Assembly (NCBI GenBank): GCA_043804895.1
Contig: JAZDIN010000062.1
Coordinates: 1 to 29,424 of the forward strand
DNA length: 29,424 nt
Origin: Candidatus Altiarchaeota archaeon
Lineage (GTDB): Archaea; Altiarchaeota; Altiarchaeia; IMC4; SCGC-AAA252-I15
Direction: 5' to 3'
Shown one piece after another: positions 26,587 to 29,424 of the stretch (position 1 is its first letter; each line of letters opens with the position of its first letter). A model generated the notes under the pieces. That model searched no databases, had not been told where the DNA came from, and saw only the letters and a program-made list of their open reading frames with translations. The translations under genes were made by a program, and so were the position numbers.

Positions 26587-26733
26587 ACTGTTTCTGCGCC
26601 AGTTCCTTCTGGATTTGGGGCTGTCCCTGACCTTCCTGTTGGTCTTGGCGAAAACCCAGACTGGAGCCCTCTTTCTGACGAGGTTGGCTTTGACAAGCTC
26701 GTCCTTCTTAGCCTGCTCCTTGTTCCTGGCCAT
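26578..26733 (-). CDS. rpl39e: 50S ribosomal protein eL39
   Basis: Below the ORF-track cutoff. [51 protein letters not shown] has the P.WV..KT and RRNWRR motifs. Confidence 0.93.
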   Translation of the reverse strand: MARNKEQAKKDELVKANLVRKRAPVWVFAKTNRKVRDSPKSRRNWRRNSLF

Positions 26734-26770
26734 AGTCCTATTTTATAGGCCATCATCATATAAATACGCC
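26734..26770. promoter_or_regulatory. Compact bidirectional promoter region (eL39 / nmd3)
   Basis: 37-bp gap with TTTTATA and ATATAAATA. Confidence 0.5.
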
Positions 26771-27706
26771 ATGGCCGATTTACGCTGTCCTGTGTGCGGT
26801 AGGCCGTCCTGTGGCCTGTGCGCCGAATGCTACCTCAAGGACCATCCCATAGCAGTCAAGCCTGAACCCTACAAGGAGTGCGGCTGTGGGGGGGTTCTCT
26901 TCAAGGGAAAATGGTTCACTGACAAGGATGAGATGATAAGGCAGCTTGCTGAGAGGAGCATCAGGCCGCCATCCGGTGTGAGAACCAGAATCGAGGGCGT
27001 GAAATCCGAGGAGAAGGCGGGGAAGTTGACAGTCCAAGTTGATGTTGTAGCGACTTGCGAGAAGGCCTCATCAAGGCAGGACATCAGCTTCGACGTCTGG
27101 CCTGAGAGGGTGACGTGCGACACATGCAAGAAGTTGAGTTCAGGATACTATGAGGCTGTGCTCCAGGTGCGGGACAGTGACATAGACCTCAACTTGGACG
27201 GGGACCAGGTCTCCAATGTCGAGAAGGTCCGCGGCGGATTCGACTACTATCTGACTTCTGTGAATTACGCCCGAGAGAAGGTCACTTCACTGTTCAACAA
27301 AGGCTACTTCGTGAAAGACTCATCGAAGCTATTCGGGAGGAAGGGGGATAAGGTCCTCTACCGGCATTATTTCTCGATAAAACACCCGCAGTTCCGTAAG
27401 GGGGACTTCATCGAACACAAGGGCAAACTCCTGCAGGTGAGGGATGTCGGAAGAAGCGTGAAGCTCACGGACGTTGAATCAGGCAAGCATGAGTCAGCGA
27501 CATTGAATCAGCTTGAGGATGCGCCGGTGATAGCGAAATCCCCTGAAGTTAAAACCGCGATAATAACTGAGGTCAGGCCTGATGGAATCCAGATAATGAA
27601 CTCACAGGACTGCAGCATACACGAGCTCCCAAGAAGGGATGGTGTAGAGCAAGGTCAAGAGGTGAAGTACATACACGTAAGGGGCAGACGGTATCTCCTA
27701 TTCTGA
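26771..27706 (+). CDS. nmd3: NMD3 family ribosome biogenesis protein
   Basis: CPVCG..GLCAECY, CGCG....KW, TCDTC...SGYYEAVLQVR, GGFDYYL; true start ATG 26771. Confidence 0.92.
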   Translation: MADLRCPVCGRPSCGLCAECYLKDHPIAVKPEPYKECGCGGVLFKGKWFTDKDEMIRQLAERSIRPPSGVRTRIEGVKSEEKAGKLTVQVDVVATCEKASSRQDISFDVWPERVTCDTCKKLSSGYYEAVLQVRDSDIDLNLDGDQVSNVEKVRGGFDYYLTSVNYAREKVTSLFNKGYFVKDSSKLFGRKGDKVLYRHYFSIKHPQFRKGDFIEHKGKLLQVRDVGRSVKLTDVESGKHESATLNQLEDAPVIAKSPEVKTAIITEVRPDGIQIMNSQDCSIHELPRRDGVEQGQEVKYIHVRGRRYLLF

Positions 27707-29044
27707 AAGAGCAAAACCTAGGCCTAGAAGTTTTGTCTTAAGTTCCTCGACTTCCCTCCCCGATTCGGCTGCAGAATCCATTAGCTTAGCTTCAACATCC
27801 TTGAGGTATTCCATGTCATTTTTCAATGAATGTTCCAGCTGGTGGATGTCGTTTGATATCTTCCCCTCAGCCTCCCTGAGAGGAATCATGCTCATCTCAG
27901 CCTGAACATTTTTCAGCTTCGACGTTAGGCTGGCATGTCTTTTCCTGACGTCATCAGTTAGAATAGAGGAGGCGGCCTCGATTTTCTTAATGGTCTTGCC
28001 TGAGTCCTTGAGTGCTATGGACTCTGATTTGCAGGCATTGGCGAGGCCGCTGAAGATTGCCTCAAAGTCGCTTTCCGTTGAGGTGAGGAAGGCCTCAGCC
28101 GGGTTGTCCTGCAGGGACTTGACAATCTTGGAGTGGGTGTTATCCAGAACAGTCTTCTCATACGCTCGGAAACTGTCCCCTTCAGGGGGCAGTCGCATGG
28201 ACTCCACTCGACTAGGCAGTTTCCGGCGTATCAAACCAGCGGCTTCAGCCGATGGTCGTTGATATTTCCTGAGTGCTGGCTTCAGCGGGCTCAGAAGGGA
28301 GTGGATTGTCGATTCTATCTCCCTGATGTCAGACTCGACAGATTCAATCTCAGAATTGAGTTTCCCGACCTTAACCGCATCCGAGCCATTTTTCAGCCTA
28401 TCAAGCTCCGAAGCCGCAAGTGACAGACTCTTCTTGCTCGCATCGATTGCGCGCTTCAGTGACAATGAATCAACCCTCAGCTTCTCCTGAGAAGCTATGA
28501 CCCCAAGGTAACGGCCGTATTCCTTTTTCAATTCAGTGATTTCTTGGAGGCTTTTGTTTGATGAGGATATTCCATCCAACCTCTCCTTCTCAGCCAGAAG
28601 TCGCTTGCAATTCCCCTGTATCTTTATCATGTCATCCTGGAATGCTATCATCAGGAATTTCCCGTCCCCGAAGTTGACTTTGCCTATAGTGTCGAGGGCC
28701 GCGGCGAGGCGTGCCCTGTATGCCTGAATCTCGTCGAATGCGCTTCCCTTGAAGTCAAGCCCCTCAAGGGCTTTGAGCATCGACTTCGCATAGGATGGCT
28801 TGGCTGTCCTCAGAATCTTGTCATAGCGGGGCTCGATGTCGTTGTAGCCTCGGCCATCCAGGAGCGTCACGTCAGAGCGGATTTTCTGCACAAGCTCGCC
28901 TACTGCCATCAATGCATCTTTGGACTCCTTGACTATTCCTTGAGTTTCATACTTTATCCTCTCGTCAATCCACAGGCCAAGGCCAGATAACTTAATATTT
29001 TCCAGGCTCTTCTTGCCTGTGAAGAGTCTGTCAAAGAATCCCAT
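27698..29044 (-). CDS. Hypothetical coiled-coil protein carrying an in-frame 34-aa palindromic-element insert
   Basis: MGFFDRLF N-terminus, long heptad regions; LRK[YQRPSAEAAGLIRRKLPSRVESMRLPPEGDSFRA]YEK is encoded by repeat copy B. Confidence 0.85.
   Translation of the reverse strand: MGFFDRLFTGKKSLENIKLSGLGLWIDERIKYETQGIVKESKDALMAVGELVQKIRSDVTLLDGRGYNDIEPRYDKILRTAKPSYAKSMLKALEGLDFKGSAFDEIQAYRARLAAALDTIGKVNFGDGKFLMIAFQDDMIKIQGNCKRLLAEKERLDGISSSNKSLQEITELKKEYGRYLGVIASQEKLRVDSLSLKRAIDASKKSLSLAASELDRLKNGSDAVKVGKLNSEIESVESDIREIESTIHSLLSPLKPALRKYQRPSAEAAGLIRRKLPSRVESMRLPPEGDSFRAYEKTVLDNTHSKIVKSLQDNPAEAFLTSTESDFEAIFSGLANACKSESIALKDSGKTIKKIEAASSILTDDVRKRHASLTSKLKNVQAEMSMIPLREAEGKISNDIHQLEHSLKNDMEYLKDVEAKLMDSAAESGREVEELKTKLLGLGFALSE
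28158..28265 (-). mobile_element. Palindromic repeat element, copy B, inserted in frame within a CDS
   Basis: The reverse complement ATATCAACGACCATCGGCTGAAGCCGCTGGTTTG-ATACGCCGGAAACTG...CAGTTTCCGAGCGTATGA matches 2044-2077 plus 2134-2205. Confidence 0.8.
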
Positions 29045-29079
29045 GGAAAACAATTAGTGGGGCAGGATATATAGCGAAT

Positions 29080-29424
29080 TCAGATGTAGGGGTTCAGGGA
29101 GCATTCCTTGTCCATTTCAAAGCATTTGAGGCTGTCATTTATCGTGCCGCGTCGGCCTCCGACCCACCCGTCAGCGCCGATTGTGTACTTGTTCTTGTAC
29201 GCCGGAGTTATGCCCTCTATGGTCGTTGAGGTTGTCGGTTGCGAGGTGGACGTGACCGTGGATGTGGAGGTGGTCGTTATGAGAGCCTTCCGCTCTGATA
29301 TCCTGTCGAACAGCCTGCCGAATCCGCTCATGGTTGAGGAAGTGGAGGTACTTGTTGTGGTTAATGATGACATTGTCGTCGAATGTGTCGTCGTGTATGT
29401 GGTCGATGTGACTGTCGTGGATGA
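29080..29424 (-). CDS. Ser/Thr-rich surface protein, C-terminal part (starts beyond the right window edge)
   Basis: Frame open to the window edge (SSTTVTSTTYTTTHSTTMSSLTTT...); ends in a small Cys-pair domain. Confidence 0.7.
   Translation of the reverse strand, partial: SSTTVTSTTYTTTHSTTMSSLTTTSTSTSSTMSGFGRLFDRISERKALITTTSTSTVTSTSQPTTSTTIEGITPAYKNKYTIGADGWVGGRRGTINDSLKCFEMDKECSLNPYI

Noticed and set aside
26615-26770. N-terminal extension of NMD3 in the ORF track
   Set aside because: This is the antisense of eL39; NMD3 motifs start at ATG 26771.
28158-28265. Bulge-helix-bulge mRNA intron or intein
   Set aside because: No convincing 3-4-3 BHB found at the junctions by eye, and no intein Cys/His-Asn termini. 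RNA-level removal is not fully excluded.

Overview
Archaeal chromosomal window, probably from a DPANN-type lineage (Altiarchaeota-like; inferred from gene content only). Left part: three class III signal-peptide pilin-like genes on the minus strand, facing away from a cysteine-repeat membrane protein, a FlaC-like coiled coil and an arlH-arlI-arlJ archaellum motor with no archaellin in the window. These are followed by a divergent AglB/STT3-like membrane glycosyltransferase and a C-terminally truncated Rqc2/NFACT. Middle: ribose-1,5-bisphosphate isomerase, the proteasome/exosome superoperon (psmA, SBDS, rrp4, rrp41, rrp42, eL43, rpo12, pcc1, pfdB), an orphan pilus-type ATPase, hisI, aIF-1A, rio1 and DUF371. 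Right part: an AT-richer block of surface proteins (two paralogues with a shared extracellular domain and a 20-repeat Cys solenoid), then trxB, eL39, nmd3 and a coiled-coil protein. Three genes missing from the ORF track were found by hand: the pilin-adhesin at 1-1193, rpo12 and eL39. The most notable signal is a modular palindromic repeat with an IS200/IS605-like end hairpin, present in two copies 26 kb apart. One sits between the putative promoter and start codon of the pilin operon (2044-2205). The other is inserted in frame in a protein-coding gene (28158-28265), adding 34 aa. The copies show compensatory stem changes and a shared ATATGA empty site. Related hairpins lie at 13434-13513 and 16861-16925.
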